Below are positions 60,961 to 64,000 of a stretch of 64,000 nt of DNA, in pieces. The stretch covers positions 620,001 to 684,000 of the forward strand of contig JAYWIR010000038.1 in assembly GCA_036172245.1 (NCBI GenBank), read 5' to 3'. The DNA is from Raillietiella orientalis (taxonomy: Eukaryota). The notes beneath the pieces were generated by a model. That model was not told the DNA's origin, did not search any database, and saw only the letters and a program-made list of their open reading frames with translations. The position numbers and the translations under genes are program-made. Within the stretch, counting starts at the first letter, position 1, and every line of letters begins with the position of its first letter.

Positions 60961-62099
60961 GTGTCGCCTTGTCTCCTCTCGGAGCCCAGGAGTAGTGGGG
61001 ACACTACACCCGGGGGAAGCAACCCTTCGACTTCGGGTTGACCCCTCAGCGAGTCCCAATTCTCCGCAGCTGGCACTGAGGAACCCTCGGGATCGCGCAC
61101 CGCGCGGCAGAGACCTCCCCTCCCTTTCTTCCGAGGCTTCCGGTTGCCAGTAGCGAGGGAAAGCGCCGTCTCCCCAGGGTCCCAGTTTTACATCTGGGAC
61201 CGCGGGACCCCGGGAGAGTGCCGGTCCGTAGAGCAGCCAGCAAGAGATCCTCCGAAGTCTGCGCACCCTTCCTGGTGTGTCGCGACGGACCCACGGGCAA
61301 TGCGGTCCCACCCCACCCCCTTCATTCTTCTGGATGGTCTTTCGCCGAAGCAGGGAGGCAGCAGGTGGGGACGGGATTTAGATCGATTCCTTCCAGTCCC
61401 CTTCGGGTCGGCTTCCTTGGATCCGCACCCCTCCTTCCTACCCTCCCGCCGCCTCGACTGCCCTGCATCCCGGAAGGCGCCCGACGCCTCCGCAGTTCGC
61501 TCTCTGGCAGCATCGCAGGCACTCCTTGCGCTCTATGCTGTCCTCTTCTCCCGCCCCTCCTCTCCTCCTAAGAAGCCGGGAAGCTCCTGGATTCTTCATT
61601 GGGGAAAGGACCCTTGTGGGACGCTCCGGGATTATCGAGACGTGGGAAGGTTGTCATCGGCCCATACTCGTCTCGGCAAGGAGAGGTGAAGAGTCGGGAC
61701 GTCTCCTGGAGCGGAGGGGCTGTATGCACCGGGAACGAGCCGCACGCCTCCAGGACCTCTCCTGTTGATCCGGAAAGTGCAGACCGCCTTCACGAGATCT
61801 CGGGAAAGCGAACGATGCAGACCCTTGAGGAATTATCGGAAACAAACGAAGCAGGCAAAATCCCTGGAGTAAGAACCAGGGAGCAGAGGAAGGGAGGGGA
61901 GGAATGAGGAGGAGAATCGATGGGGAAACGGATAAATAGGAAATGGGACGGACCGGACACTGGAACGATGCCCAGGGGTCTGCGTCAGGTAGCAGAGGAA
62001 GCGGGGCAGGAGCACCCAGAAGATTCCCTCGCATCCCGGACCGGGCCATTCCGTTTGCTCCTTTTGCCTGCAGGCGACAGCGGCCGCACCCGCGCTCTC

Positions 62100-63100
62100 C
62101 CTCCATTTTGCCGGCCGCCGCGTCTCACACGTGGCGGAGGGATAGCCAGCGGAAGGCAACTGGCGAGCCCCTGGAGAAGCCACCGGGAGAGCCCTGAGAG
62201 TTAGCATCGAGGAAGAAAGTGGAGCTCCAGGGAGATGCGCTCGCGCGTGCACTCTTCTGCCCCCGGCCTGCCCAGCCCCTCCTCTCGCGCTCCCAGTGCG
62301 AGAAGGTTCCCTCCGTCCCGCTGAGGCGCGGGTCCCTTGCTTCGGGGACCTCCTGGTTACCGCCGATTGATCGGCCCCGAATCCAAGGGAACGTGCCAGC
62401 TCCCGATACGCCGGAGCTCCGGAATTCGCAGGTTGGAAGGGCGTTTCGCGTCGGTGGCACGCCCGAGGGTGACTCCTCCCGGCCGCGCGGTCGTTCTGGT
62501 TCTCCAGAAGAACCCCTCCAGTCTCCGGTTTCATCTCGCGTCGGGAATGGTCACCGGATGCGGTGCTCGATCCGTCGCGGAAGGCGCGCATGAGCGTCGG
62601 GACGGATGGGAGCACCTCTCGGGGCGCGAACGGCGGCCAGGCGGTGCGGCCTCGACTCCGCCTCGGCTCGGGAGCTAGGAGCTCCAGACAGAAGGGCGGT
62701 GCCGGCCGAACGTCCCTTGCTTCGCCCAGCCAGGTGGCGTCCAGGAGGATAAAGGGGTGGAGAGTTTCCGGTCGTGGGCCACAGATGGCAGGCCGCCGCT
62801 CGCGCGAGCAGCGAAGAACGCGTTGCGCGCGCAGGCATATGCGATGGAGAACCGTGCCTTCGCGGAGCTCTGGGAAGAAGCGAGGGTGACAGACGTGCTG
62901 ACAAGAAGTGAGAGATTCTTTTGACAAGTTTGGCACGTGACTCGTGTCGAGGAGAGATCTTCGAGGGGTCGGCACGGCGCGGCTGACGGCAGCCGCAGAC
63001 TCCCGCGTCCGGGTCGCGTCCACGGTGACACTTCGTGCCCTCTCAAACTCGTTGAGTTGCGCGTGGGACGGCCGCCTCAGCGGTGAAAGACGAATCCGGC
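62100..63100 (-). mobile_element. Possible L1-like endonuclease remnant
   Basis: 'RFSIAYACARNAFF' (cf. NVYAP..RxxFF); weak. Confidence 0.25.
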
Positions 63101-64000
63101 CGTTTCCAACTTGCTCATGTGCGCGCTAGATGGCAGAGGTGAAGGAGAAAGTGATCTCCATGAGGGAGAGCCTCCGACCGCGGCAGGAGCGCCGCAGAAC
63201 TCGGGCCGGGGTTCGAAGCAGCTGCATCGGCGGAACATCTGGGATGAGAGGAGGCCTCGAGATGAACGTCCAGGACAGACGATGATGCCTTCTTCACCAT
63301 GGTCGGTGGCAGGAAGCCACCCTTCCCCCCATTCTCCGCTTCCCCTGCTAGATCCCCTGCCTTCGGGAGGATCACAGGGTTCCCGGCGACGGAGCGAGGC
63401 TGCGATCACGCATCTCTCGGACGAGACCTCAGGCGCTGATGTGTCCCGTTCTCGACGCCTCGCGGAGCAGCGCTCCTGCAAGGAGAAGACCTGGCGGAGC
63501 ACCGGGAAGTGGGCGTCCGTGCCAACCCCCAGCCTCCCTTGGGCCTATCCCCCACTACGGGAGCGTCGTCATGGTCTCCTACAGCCTCCTCGTCAGCGGG
63601 ACGAGTGTCACCCTCTTGTGCAGCCGGGTTTCAGAGCGAGGTCCCCGCCTTTGCCGTGCGGTTGCTCCGGGGCATTTATTTATCAAAGGATAAACGAGGA
63701 AGAGACGGTGGGGCACGATGCTACGCGGAGGAGACAATCCAGGGGGGGCCCCGAGGTCCACAGCAGTCATGGAGGGGAAAGGAGGGAGGGAATAACACTA
63801 GAAAAAGTAAACACACACATACGCGGTCAAGAAAACTACTGCTTTGGTGTTGTGATTGTTGTTACTGTTGTTGCCTCAATCTGGAGGGGAACGGAGAGTG
63901 GAGAATAATACTAAAAAAAAAAATTAGCTGTTTTGGATTCCAGAAAATGAGGATGGCGACGGGGTCCTCTTCGTCTCTTGGCGGGATGCCGGCGAGCTCC

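Overview
GC-rich eukaryotic DNA (probably animal; not determinable from sequence alone) made almost entirely of decayed transposable elements. I find no intact protein-coding gene, rRNA, full tRNA or CRISPR array; the long ORFs in the track are low-complexity frames over GC-rich repeats. Components: (1) many frameshifted non-LTR retrotransposon remnants, mostly L1/Tx1-like ORF2 (endonuclease, RT, C-terminal Cys/His zf-RVT-like region), plus a Utopia/NeSL-like triple zinc-finger N-terminus at about 14.1-15.2 kb; (2) about 11 copies or fragments of a roughly 750-800 bp tRNA-headed SINE-like element ('SINE-U', my label) with a duplicated T-arm/B-box and an internal array of 35-45 bp subunits capped by cUUCGg/cUCCGg hairpins; (3) about 12 copies of the 3' region of one L1/Tx1-like family ('L1-A', my label) whose 3' UTR has a stem-loop with compensatory changes between copies and which ends in a GC hairpin with no poly(A) tail; (4) an AT-rich MITE-like element with 55-bp inverted repeats at 27079-27609. 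The most notable pattern is that about half of the L1-A copies lie inside or next to SINE-U copies, suggesting targeting or chimera formation. All alignments were done by eye and boundaries are approximate.
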